Below are positions 20,727 through 30,195 of a stretch of 64,000 nt of DNA, in pieces (within the stretch, counting starts at the first letter, position 1; every line of letters starts with the position of its first letter). The notes beneath the pieces were generated by a model. That model did no database searches, was not told the DNA's origin, and saw nothing but the letters and a program-made list of their open reading frames with translations. The position numbers were made by a program, and so were the translations under genes. The stretch is from sequence record MT446414.1; one strand, 5' to 3'. The DNA comes from Escherichia virus TH43.

Positions 20727-23504
20727 TTACTCGGTTGGCATCTCTACACGAAGATCTACCCAACGGCCCTCTGGAATGTCAACAGGTTCTCCATCAACAA
20801 CCCCTTCTTTTTCATTACTAGCAAAAGAAGGAACCTCACTGTGAACTCTGTGGTAAGTCTTAAGGGTTATATCACCAATCTCATCCACTTCATAATCCAC
20901 CCACAGTAAAGGGAGTCCATTAGAGTTTTGAGGAATAGAGAATCCACCCCCATTACCACCCCAAGAAGGGTCGGAGTTAAAACCTAAGACTCCAGAGATC
21001 TTATAAACACCAACATCTAATCTTTCTGTGATTACGCCTTGTGCTTGATCATTAACTTCAGAGGAGCCATCTGGTTTAAGCTTGACAATAGGGGATGCTA
21101 TTTTAACAAAACCGTTAACATCCACAGTTGTGTTTAAGTCTCTGACCAAGAAGTCTCTCCAGTTAGTAATCAAAGCTGGGTCATTAGTTCTTTGACGATA
21201 CCGAGGAGCTTGGTTGGTGATGGTAGAGAAACCAATCTGAGACCAATTCCCACCACGACCTCCTTCAGAGATGGTCATAATCTCTGCATAGGAGTAGGGT
21301 GCTCCATTACCCCCGGGGAACGGGGAAACATCTTGACTGTAGAATCCAATACCTGTTGGCAAATCTTCACTACCATAAAAAGTCGATTGACCATACTGAT
21401 AGTGCATAGCTCCTAGTTTTTCAGAACCCTCGGCTGGAGTCTTCCCTCCTGTACCACCACTTATTACCGGCAAAGCTATTCGAGAAGAATCGGAGTTATT
21501 GAAATACCCCCAATCTGCATCTGTAATAAAGAAGGTGTGTTCTCCAGAACCGTCCAGAAGTTTTGTGTCTGTTGAACTTTGAACAAGCTTATCCACCTTC
21601 AGATTGACACGAGCAGCAGCTTCAGAGGTCGCTCCTGTACCTCCTTGAGCAATATTCAAAGCTACGGTCCCTTTTGATGCACTGTAACACCCCCAAGATA
21701 CGTCATTGATATAGATGTACGATCCGTAGTCAGGAGAAATAACTTTGGTTTCCCCAACCTCTTCCCTAAATCTCCCCAAACCTAAAGAAATACGGGCATC
21801 ATAAGCAGAGGTAGCTCCTGTTCCACCGGAATCTAAAGAAACAGGCACTGTAGAGCCATCAGAAACTTTGATTACTTGAGCAATGCCAGAGTTATTCATC
21901 TTCCACGCATATTGTGTATTCGGGGAATGGAAACTATTATAACTCTCTGGTCCCGTCTGATCGTTACACTCTACACCTTGGACCAAGGTGGCCCTACGGA
22001 GTGCACCAATATCAGTAACACCTGTACCTCCCTGAGCAACAGAAAGAGGGGTAGTCAATCCACTAAGGGATGTGATATCAGAGTTAGCGCCTGAAGATGC
22101 TGCCCCAACATTAGCTGCTGTTAGAATCACATTCCCGTTAGCATCATCAGGAGCTTTACCGTTAACTGTAACAATATAAGGAACCTGAGACAAAACACGA
22201 CCTTTGTAGTTAGCATCTTTATCAGAGTCAGGGGAGCGAATAGCTTCGCCACCTGTCCAATCAGGAAGTCTTATGTTAATAAAATTAGAAGAATCAGCAT
22301 CAGTAATACCATCAGCCAATTTACCCCAAGAAAAATATTGACGAGCACCAGCTTGCCACTCTGTTTCAGAAACTACAGGCAATTGACCACTGACTAAAGA
22401 GGGTCCAAGGTCTGCTGCGGTTGCTTTCGGAACAAGACGACCGTCCGCAGGAAGAACTCCCGGATATGAAACAGTTTTAGCTGGGTCATAAGGGAACATC
22501 ACCATCTCACCTAGATATAAAGATGGGTTTCCTGTTGGAATGGTAATGTCGATGTTACCTGTTGAATCAGGAGCACGAGAGTTAACAGTTAGGATACGGC
22601 CTTCTGTTTTAACTGGAGTGAGGGTCTTATCCGCTGCAACAGTATAGAATTCATACTTCGTTGAGTCCCACACCAAAACCTTTTCCCCTACCTGTCGGTA
22701 TTGAGCATCTAAATCAGCTTCAGCTTTCGATTGGTATGTTTTAGTTGTTTTATCAAACTTATCGTTAATCTCTTGGCGACTATACTGAGCCACGTTCAAA
22801 ACATTACCAAGACCTACAGTTTCTTTGTTGATCGTAAGAGATACTTCACCGTCAAGTGTAGGGCCTCCGTTAACAGAAATAGAACGAACAGATGGTATCA
22901 AGTTGGCAATATCTTCGAGAGTTGTTTTGTGAACAGTATTATCATCTTTGTCAACATAGAAACCAATGTCCCCCAATTCTGGTGTACCGGTAGGAGCAGT
23001 AGATAGGTCAGTAACAGAACCATCTGCACCTTTCTCACCTTCAGGAATACCAAGTTTGATTTCACCAGTTTGGTTATTGAAAGAACCAGTAGCTTCAGAA
23101 CCCGGAGGAAGGGTAGTCACTGTAACTTTCATAGCCAACAGGATATCAAGTTGCTGATCGACTTCAATCAGTTTTTGGTTAATCAAAGCAATAGAGTTGT
23201 TAGCATTAGCAACAGCTGCGTTAGTCTGTGCAATCAGTTGCATCAGTCGAGCATCTTGATCTTTAAAGTCCTGTTTCAGATCTTCAATATCTTGCTGTAA
23301 TAGAATACCTTGCTTATAAAGTTTCTCCACTTCAGCAATAAGATCATCAACTGTACCAAACTTAGACTCAGCTAAAAGTGCCCAATATTTAGAATCAGCA
23401 GCATACTCAGCTGCTTGTTTATAGGCTCCGATAGAGCCTTCTGTTGCACCAAATTGGCCTACATTATTTACTGTAGTAGGTTCTTGGTTGTTATAAACGA
23501 TCAT
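20727..23504 (-). CDS. tail fibre protein, 925 aa
   Basis: N-terminal coiled coil followed by long Gly/Thr/Ser-rich region; adjacent to the spike gene. Confidence 0.6.
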   Translation of the reverse strand: MIVYNNQEPTTVNNVGQFGATEGSIGAYKQAAEYAADSKYWALLAESKFGTVDDLIAEVEKLYKQGILLQQDIEDLKQDFKDQDARLMQLIAQTNAAVANANNSIALINQKLIEVDQQLDILLAMKVTVTTLPPGSEATGSFNNQTGEIKLGIPEGEKGADGSVTDLSTAPTGTPELGDIGFYVDKDDNTVHKTTLEDIANLIPSVRSISVNGGPTLDGEVSLTINKETVGLGNVLNVAQYSRQEINDKFDKTTKTYQSKAEADLDAQYRQVGEKVLVWDSTKYEFYTVAADKTLTPVKTEGRILTVNSRAPDSTGNIDITIPTGNPSLYLGEMVMFPYDPAKTVSYPGVLPADGRLVPKATAADLGPSLVSGQLPVVSETEWQAGARQYFSWGKLADGITDADSSNFINIRLPDWTGGEAIRSPDSDKDANYKGRVLSQVPYIVTVNGKAPDDANGNVILTAANVGAASSGANSDITSLSGLTTPLSVAQGGTGVTDIGALRRATLVQGVECNDQTGPESYNSFHSPNTQYAWKMNNSGIAQVIKVSDGSTVPVSLDSGGTGATSAYDARISLGLGRFREEVGETKVISPDYGSYIYINDVSWGCYSASKGTVALNIAQGGTGATSEAAARVNLKVDKLVQSSTDTKLLDGSGEHTFFITDADWGYFNNSDSSRIALPVISGGTGGKTPAEGSEKLGAMHYQYGQSTFYGSEDLPTGIGFYSQDVSPFPGGNGAPYSYAEIMTISEGGRGGNWSQIGFSTITNQAPRYRQRTNDPALITNWRDFLVRDLNTTVDVNGFVKIASPIVKLKPDGSSEVNDQAQGVITERLDVGVYKISGVLGFNSDPSWGGNGGGFSIPQNSNGLPLLWVDYEVDEIGDITLKTYHRVHSEVPSFASNEKEGVVDGEPVDIPEGRWVDLRVEMPTE

Positions 23505-23513
23505 ATGTTCTCC

Positions 23514-24260
23514 TTATCTGTATCTACGAATGCCGTACACTTCTCGTGAGCTATTAAGACGGCTAATAGTATTAGGGATTACTAGAGGGGAACCTGAGTA
23601 TTCTGCTTTCTTACTCTGCTCCACAATCTCGTCAAGGATTGCTTTACCAAGTGCTGACCACTTTTGAACTCCATTATCATCTTGAACGAATAAAGAAGCA
23701 TGACGCAGCGTAAAATATAGAAGCAGCTCAGGAGCAATAGTTAGAATAGCACTGGTATCTTCATCAGAGTGGAACTCCGGTGGGTCTGCATAATAACTTA
23801 AAACTACAGCATTCTCAGCAGGGATTTCAGGTGCTCCATCATCAGGATAAACAGGAGTATCTGCATCAATTAGAGGGTAGAACATAAACCGACTACCTAA
23901 ACGAGCAAAAACAACTTCCCCTTGATTCCAATTGGATGGGTTGACTGAGTTATTTCTCTTCAACCAGTCAAGTTCTTCAGGAGAGGTTACTCTGAACATC
24001 ATCCCATTTGAAGCTCTCATAATCCATTGTGCTTCTAAAAAGTCAGGAGGGATAAAAGCAATACCATCCTTGATATCTAAATATACTTCTTTTTCCAGAG
24101 GAGGAATTCGTAAGTTACGATAAATTTCCTTCTCTGCAAAGTTGATGAAATTTGGAATTTGATTAACAAATTCGTCGTCATCCCTATCGGCCCAGAGTGA
24201 CACAGCCTTTTTAAGCCAGCCATAGGTGTTGATAGGATACTGAACTTCAGGCATTGCCAT
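23514..24260 (-). CDS. hypothetical structural protein (possible head-tail adaptor)
   Basis: Position between capsid module and tail fibres; no motif. Confidence 0.4.
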   Translation of the reverse strand: MAMPEVQYPINTYGWLKKAVSLWADRDDDEFVNQIPNFINFAEKEIYRNLRIPPLEKEVYLDIKDGIAFIPPDFLEAQWIMRASNGMMFRVTSPEELDWLKRNNSVNPSNWNQGEVVFARLGSRFMFYPLIDADTPVYPDDGAPEIPAENAVVLSYYADPPEFHSDEDTSAILTIAPELLLYFTLRHASLFVQDDNGVQKWSALGKAILDEIVEQSKKAEYSGSPLVIPNTISRLNSSREVYGIRRYR

Positions 24261-24360
24261 AGTGTGTCCTCCTAATTATGTATAGACAAAGAGAGTACAT
24301 TACATATCTCCTTATAAGGGTCTTAAAATGAGAAAAGGCCACCCGAAGGCAGCCTTAGTT

Positions 24361-25479
24361 TTAAGCACCAGATTTAACGGTGTAGGTTTTGAACACTGTA
24401 GAACCTGGGTCAGTTCTCAGGGTTACTTTAGTATCTTCACTAGTGATAGCACCAGAGAGCGTAATTGTTAAAGCATCACCAGAAATGGTAATACTCAATT
24501 TGTCTGCATCTGTGCCTTCTACATCATATACGATAGTTCCTAGTGGAGCACCTTGAGGAACAGAAGCTATGTTAAAAACTCCTGGTTGGCTTGGGTCTGA
24601 GATTGTCAAAGTATCACCAGCTACTGACCCATCAGACACTGCTGAAACAACTAAACCAGTAAGTTTAGGTATTACGTCTTCTATGGTAGAAGTTGCAGTT
24701 ACTGAAGTCTGGGTTTTATGAGTAGCCTTAACAGTTACATTGTCATTCGCTGTATCTGACAAGGTTAACAAGCCAGAGGTAGCATTAACAGAACCGGCAG
24801 CAGTAGGGGTTACTACAAAATTATAGTCACTAGCAGCTGAGCGTTGAACAGTAAACATATCTGTAAAAGCGACACTGTCTCCACCAGATTTTCCAGTAAT
24901 AGCAGCTTTAGCCGCGATAGTTGGAGGCTGAGGGTTGACAACAACGTTAATCACTTTAGTGACAGAAGGTTTAGTAGAAGATTTAACTGTAAGAGTAGTA
25001 CTACCTGCTGCAACAGCAGTTACACGACCAGCAGTTGTTACCGTAGCCTTAGTCGGATCTGCAATTTCCCAAGTAACACCTTGAGGTGCACCAGCAGGAG
25101 ATACAGAAGCAGTCAGATTGGTAGCATCTGGAACAGTTATGGTAAGAGTATCACCAGTTAGACCACCACCAGTTACAGCAATGGAAGCTGGGTCAGGGAT
25201 TGGAGCTTTAATTTCCGAGATAACGGCAGTACCTGATACATCTTTAAGAGTAGCAGTCACTGTAATATCAGCGGTTTGAGGCGAACCCGGAGCAGTGAAC
25301 AGTCCAGAAACAGAAATGGCCCCACCACCGGCTACTGACCAATCGAAGCCTGTAGTAGATGTGGAGCCATCGCTTAGTTCTGCTTCAGCTGTAAACTGTT
25401 GGGTAGCCCCGGTCAGCAGACTAGCCACTGACGCGGGACTAACAGTTACGCTGTCAACTGTTACGCCCCCGCCTTTCCC
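24361..25479 (-). CDS. Ig-like domain ORF, predicted C-terminal extension of the major capsid protein via -1 frameshift
   Basis: Thr/Ser/Val-rich Ig-like repeats; frame overlaps the capsid gene 3' end by 90 nt; no ATG or Shine-Dalgarno near its 5' end; slippery heptamer sits in the overlap. Confidence 0.55.
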   Translation of the reverse strand, partial: GKGGGVTVDSVTVSPASVASLLTGATQQFTAEAELSDGSTSTTGFDWSVAGGGAISVSGLFTAPGSPQTADITVTATLKDVSGTAVISEIKAPIPDPASIAVTGGGLTGDTLTITVPDATNLTASVSPAGAPQGVTWEIADPTKATVTTAGRVTAVAAGSTTLTVKSSTKPSVTKVINVVVNPQPPTIAAKAAITGKSGGDSVAFTDMFTVQRSAASDYNFVVTPTAAGSVNATSGLLTLSDTANDNVTVKATHKTQTSVTATSTIEDVIPKLTGLVVSAVSDGSVAGDTLTISDPSQPGVFNIASVPQGAPLGTIVYDVEGTDADKLSITISGDALTITLSGAITSEDTKVTLRTDPGSTVFKTYTVKSGA

Positions 25480-26519
25480 GCAGCGGTGAACAGTACACCA
25501 GAAGCATACGGGTTGCGGTGACGCAGACCAACTTCCATTTCGATCATCCACTTCTCGTAAGAACCATCTTTAGCCAGTTCAGTACGCTTCGGAGCACGAA
25601 GGACCATCTGAGTCCAGTCAGAGCTGCGGAAGAAGTAAACTGCATCAGTAGGCATCCAACGGTTAACGATGATTTTATAGCTCTGACCCAGCGGGTCGGT
25701 GATGCTGTTAACTTCGTAGATGAATTGTTTAGTGTTCTCAAAGATACGCTGACGAGAACCAACAGAGTTTTCCTGCAGCTTAGCAAAAATGCTAGCGTGA
25801 GCAGGGTTAATCATGATGATATCAGCTTCAGAACCTGCGGTATACAGCTGAAGAGTCATATCAAAGATATCTGCTTCATCAAAGCCTACGTTAGTGGTAG
25901 GGTTAGATGCGTTCTGTGCAACTTTAACAGTTACTGCACCGGTATCCGGGTCAGCAGGGCCGTTCTTAGTCTTATCAACAACGCTACCAGACAGACCACC
26001 ATGAGCACACAGGAACTGGAAAGCACCAGTCTTACGAGCTGCATGAGTATCATTCAGACCAGCCAGAGCAGGATCAGCTGCTGAGTTAGTCAGATACTGG
26101 TCAGCCAGAACGTCGGTACGAGCCTGACCGGACAGCAAGATTTTCTCGAGATCACGTTTAATCTCTTTACCTTTCTTCTCCAGCTGATACATCAGTTCAC
26201 GACCACGACCGTAGTTAGCGGTGGTGTTAGCAGTATCAGAAACACGAACTACTTTACGCAGGATCTGAGTTACGTTAGATTTGATAACAGTCGGTTGCAT
26301 TTCACCGTCATCAGCGCGAGAGCCTTCAACGTGTGCGTTGTTAGCATCAACACTTGCCAGTGCATCGGTCTGCCAGCTGAAAATAGTCTGGTTGATAGAC
26401 TCTTTACCAGTCATAGACACAAACGGAGTATCTTGCGGAGAGAGGACAGAAATCCAGTTAGCAAAAGAAAGTTTTTTACCGTTCTGGTCGTAAGATACAA
26501 ATAAAGTTGGATTTGCCAT
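25461..26519 (-). CDS. major capsid protein
   Basis: 352-aa protein directly downstream of the acidic scaffold gene; GGAG upstream of ATG; order terminase-portal-scaffold-capsid. Confidence 0.65.
   Translation of the reverse strand: MANPTLFVSYDQNGKKLSFANWISVLSPQDTPFVSMTGKESINQTIFSWQTDALASVDANNAHVEGSRADDGEMQPTVIKSNVTQILRKVVRVSDTANTTANYGRGRELMYQLEKKGKEIKRDLEKILLSGQARTDVLADQYLTNSAADPALAGLNDTHAARKTGAFQFLCAHGGLSGSVVDKTKNGPADPDTGAVTVKVAQNASNPTTNVGFDEADIFDMTLQLYTAGSEADIIMINPAHASIFAKLQENSVGSRQRIFENTKQFIYEVNSITDPLGQSYKIIVNRWMPTDAVYFFRSSDWTQMVLRAPKRTELAKDGSYEKWMIEMEVGLRHRNPYASGVLFTAAGKAGA
25473..25479 (-). other. candidate -1 programmed ribosomal frameshift site G_GGA_AAG
   Basis: X_XXY_YYZ heptamer in the capsid frame 4 codons before its stop; the -1 frame continues GKGGGVTVD into the Ig-like ORF; nested hairpin immediately downstream (25432-25472). 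Confidence 0.55.
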
Positions 26520-26559
26520 GTTATGTTAGCTCCTATACTATTTAAAAATAATTTGTCGA

Positions 26560-27639
26560 TTAATCTACGAGATACTTAAATGCATCTTCGTGACGAATGC
26601 GACCCTCTGAAAATGCCTTGGCAACCTTAGCGTTGTCTGGCGTATTGGAAGTACGAGACTTAGAAGAGTCGGACTTCACAACCTTACGTGGAGAACCCGG
26701 ACGTTTAATCTTAGCCATTACCTGTTGCTTACCTTTATCGAATTGGTATGCTTTGTGCAAAGCTAGGAAAATAGACGGACGATTCTCTTTCAAGACTTCT
26801 TCTTCTGTAGCACCGAGATCAATTGCATATTGCATCAGATTCTGATAAACACTGTCATCCCAATTAGGAATTTCACGTTTCAATACATTAACACATTCGG
26901 TACATTTAGCTTGGAAGGCTTGCTGTTCTTTTGCTGCTGCATCTTGCTTGATCTTAACTTGCGCTTGTTCAAGCTGCTGACGACGAGCAGTGTACTTCTC
27001 TAAAAAGCGTTTGTTTTCAACATAGGCTTGTGGATCTTCAACTGCTAGCTTGTCCCAATCAAAACCGTTATAATCTTCAATTACTCGGTCTGCTTCTAAG
27101 GACGCTAATTCTAATACATCCGCTAAACCACCTACACGCTCTTCAAAAGCTTCAACATGACGCTGAAGAACAGCTTCCCGTTCAGTCATATCGGAGCCAG
27201 TAACATAGCCATTTGATAACTCTTCAATAGTCATCTCACGACCATCAGGAAGGGTGATAACAGTTTCATAATCTACGTCGAAAGCATCACCTTCTTCGTA
27301 TTCACTGTCAGTAGAATCATCGTGATCTACATCACTTGGTTCTTCATCTTCAACAACTTCATCAGAGTCGTCGTCTGAATCACCTTCATCGTCTTCTCCT
27401 TCCTCTTCTGAATCATCCCATCCTTCTTCATCTTCGAACGTGAGTTCATCACCCTTACCGAGAAGGTCGGAATCAAAGTCAAAGTTATCTCCAGTATCTT
27501 CTGGAAACTCACTGTCAATGTCCACTTCTGGTTCTTGTTCAGATTCTAATCGACTTAGGTCTTCTTTAAAAGATCCTTTCAAGTCATCAAGTTGGAGGAA
27601 TGATTTAAAATCGTTTGGGTCTAAAAATTCATTTGCCAT
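26560..27639 (-). CDS. scaffolding protein
   Basis: Extremely Asp/Glu-rich protein with coiled-coil C-terminus, between portal and capsid genes. Confidence 0.5.
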   Translation of the reverse strand: MANEFLDPNDFKSFLQLDDLKGSFKEDLSRLESEQEPEVDIDSEFPEDTGDNFDFDSDLLGKGDELTFEDEEGWDDSEEEGEDDEGDSDDDSDEVVEDEEPSDVDHDDSTDSEYEEGDAFDVDYETVITLPDGREMTIEELSNGYVTGSDMTEREAVLQRHVEAFEERVGGLADVLELASLEADRVIEDYNGFDWDKLAVEDPQAYVENKRFLEKYTARRQQLEQAQVKIKQDAAAKEQQAFQAKCTECVNVLKREIPNWDDSVYQNLMQYAIDLGATEEEVLKENRPSIFLALHKAYQFDKGKQQVMAKIKRPGSPRKVVKSDSSKSRTSNTPDNAKVAKAFSEGRIRHEDAFKYLVD

Positions 27640-27875
27640 TAGGAATTATCTCCTGCACTATTGATAGCAGCTTTTATGACCTCTTTTAAGCTACCAACCA
27701 TTTTATACTTTTGATAACACTCTTCGCGTTTCTTTGACTCATGCACATCAGTTAAAACTATGTCTTTCATGAGGGTTTCTTTTAATGCCTCTAATGCTGC
27801 GTCAAGAATGCCGTTATGATTGAGAGCCGCCAAAGCGGCGGCATGCTCTTTATTGAATTGTTGTCTAGTATTCAT
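27639..27875 (-). CDS. hypothetical protein, 78 aa
   Basis: Small ORF between portal and scaffold, stop/start overlap. Confidence 0.4.
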   Translation of the reverse strand: MNTRQQFNKEHAAALAALNHNGILDAALEALKETLMKDIVLTDVHESKKREECYQKYKMVGSLKEVIKAAINSAGDNS

Positions 27876-27884
27876 TTAGTGTCC

Positions 27885-30128
27885 TTATTTTCTACTACCA
27901 AGCTTTCTATTAGGAATCCTAGAATCTTTGAGAGAACTCTGTTGTTCTTTCTTAGTTTCATTTGCTTCTTTCTTTTGGAGTTCCAAAGTCTTATCTTGAA
28001 TTTTAGCTTGCTGGTCTACCTTCTCAAGATCAACCTGATGATTCATGGTCATCTGAAGTTCTTTCAGTATAGATTCATATTGACGAACCTGTTGCTGAAG
28101 GAGAGAAAGCTTATGCTTAGCTTGTTCAAGAGTAGCTGAGTTATCTTCCTTACGATTTTCAAGAGTCATCTGATCAGCAGCATTCTCTTGCTTGAATTGC
28201 AATTCTTCTTGACGTAAGCTGAACTCGTCCGCAGCTTTCTGCTGTTCAAACGTAGTACGTTCACGCTGGTCGAATGCATCAGCAATCATCTTCTGAGAAG
28301 AAGCCTGTACGTTCTCAACCTGAGCTTTAGTCATCTCGAGCTGGAGGATTTCCATCGGAGAAGGCTGAGGAGGTTGATACTGTTCAAGAGGCATAAGATA
28401 TTTATGAGTGTCTTTAATACCCATCAACTCAAAGATCTGTGCAGTCATATAACGATCTTGCTCCAGAGTAAAGAGAGGTGCAAGCTGAGCATCAGCAGCA
28501 ATCAATTGCTTCAGGCTAATCAGTTTCTGTGCACGTTCTGATTTCTCAGTAGGAGAGATAGCTACAACAACTTGTAAATTATGACGAGCTGGTAATTGTT
28601 TAGGATTTACTTCAACCATACCACGAGGGGTTTGAACCTGTAAAGGAACTTCACCATTTTCTCTGATAAGGTTGTAAATACCACGCATTAATTCAACCAT
28701 ACCATTATGAGCAATGTTACGACAGACCATACGGAGACGGTTCTGTGCAGCATTCATCATTAGACCTACGGTTGCATATGCGTTATCATTCTTAAATACA
28801 TCAGGGTTAATACCCATACCAAGTTTAGTAACACCTGTACGAGTTTCTTTCAACTCTTCAGACATTCCTAACAGACCATCAATACCTTGAGGTAGATTGT
28901 GGTAAGGGAAGAGATCAATCGCATCCTGACGCTCCATTTCAACTACACCACCCGGACGGTTGTCTAGTAAAGAACGACGGTCATAGGCTCCTACAATGGC
29001 TTTATATCGACCATAGTTTGCGTTGTTAACGTTATCAATGTAACCACGGACAAGTGCTGTACGTAGGTCTTGAATATCTTTAGTAATGTCATACACGGAT
29101 TGACCATAGAAGGAACCCGGAATAGGATAAGGACAGAAAGTAACAAACGGAATGCTAGTTACTTCTTCACAAGAGAGAATATGCTCACCTGCTTGGATTA
29201 CTTGATAGAGTTTAGATTCTTTGTTATTATCCAATACACCTGTACGGATGTAATGCTCATAAACCCAAACCATGCAAGCCACATCTTCAGTGTCCACACC
29301 AATGTCTGCATCAATGTCCTGTCTCCAGTCAGTACGTGACCAAGCAACTGTAGACTGAGTGGTGTCCATTGTATCAGTCCAGTCGTTAAACGCTTCGATC
29401 TCGTCTTTAGGGAAGCCCATTGCTAATAAATCATCTTTAGATTTACGTGTGCGATGACAGAAATACTGAGCATCTGCAAAAGAGGTAGCATGTTCATCAA
29501 CAAAGATTTGCTCTGAAGGAACATATTCTACTTTAACACGTTTTACTGTTTGTTTGTAAGTTACTTTAACATCCACTGTTCCATCATCGTTTTCAGTGGT
29601 AAAAATTTCTAAATCTTGAAGTCCGCCTGCTTCCATACCTTGTACGTATGCAGCCAAAGCTTCTGGAGGTACGCCCTCAGCCTCTTCTGTTTGAGTGGAG
29701 GTTTGTTCATCCCAATAGTATTTGATAAAAGAGTTACGTGTAACCAAACATTCCTGAGCCGCTGAGGAAATGATGTTATATCCCGGATTATCACGAAGCA
29801 AAATTTGGTTTACCAGCTTAGTTGCTACATCAGCTGCATCAGAATCTGCTTGGTTGTCCGCAACAAACGTCACCGCTTCATCGCCTGAACAGAATACGTT
29901 AATGATATCTTGGAGAGTTCCGTTAACAGACTCCCATACTGTACGGTCTACCCAACTAGAGCTTCCAGCAGTTACTGGAGCTGGTAAGTTTCCGTAGAAA
30001 TATTCCCATGCTTCACGAGAATAGCCTTTTACAGCGAGGTCTACATAACCTTGTGCATAATTGAATCGACGTTGAAGGTCAACGCGTAATTCATCCAAAA
30101 TATCTTCACTAAATTTCTTCTTAGCCAT
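27885..30128 (-). CDS. portal protein
   Basis: 747-aa protein directly downstream of the terminase large subunit; C-terminal coiled coil; assigned by size and synteny. Confidence 0.6.
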   Translation of the reverse strand: MAKKKFSEDILDELRVDLQRRFNYAQGYVDLAVKGYSREAWEYFYGNLPAPVTAGSSSWVDRTVWESVNGTLQDIINVFCSGDEAVTFVADNQADSDAADVATKLVNQILLRDNPGYNIISSAAQECLVTRNSFIKYYWDEQTSTQTEEAEGVPPEALAAYVQGMEAGGLQDLEIFTTENDDGTVDVKVTYKQTVKRVKVEYVPSEQIFVDEHATSFADAQYFCHRTRKSKDDLLAMGFPKDEIEAFNDWTDTMDTTQSTVAWSRTDWRQDIDADIGVDTEDVACMVWVYEHYIRTGVLDNNKESKLYQVIQAGEHILSCEEVTSIPFVTFCPYPIPGSFYGQSVYDITKDIQDLRTALVRGYIDNVNNANYGRYKAIVGAYDRRSLLDNRPGGVVEMERQDAIDLFPYHNLPQGIDGLLGMSEELKETRTGVTKLGMGINPDVFKNDNAYATVGLMMNAAQNRLRMVCRNIAHNGMVELMRGIYNLIRENGEVPLQVQTPRGMVEVNPKQLPARHNLQVVVAISPTEKSERAQKLISLKQLIAADAQLAPLFTLEQDRYMTAQIFELMGIKDTHKYLMPLEQYQPPQPSPMEILQLEMTKAQVENVQASSQKMIADAFDQRERTTFEQQKAADEFSLRQEELQFKQENAADQMTLENRKEDNSATLEQAKHKLSLLQQQVRQYESILKELQMTMNHQVDLEKVDQQAKIQDKTLELQKKEANETKKEQQSSLKDSRIPNRKLGSRK

Positions 30129-30195
30129 CTAATCTCTCCCTCGGTTGATAGCTTGGAGTAAACTACTAAAGGGAGGACTAGCCTCCCCACTATAT

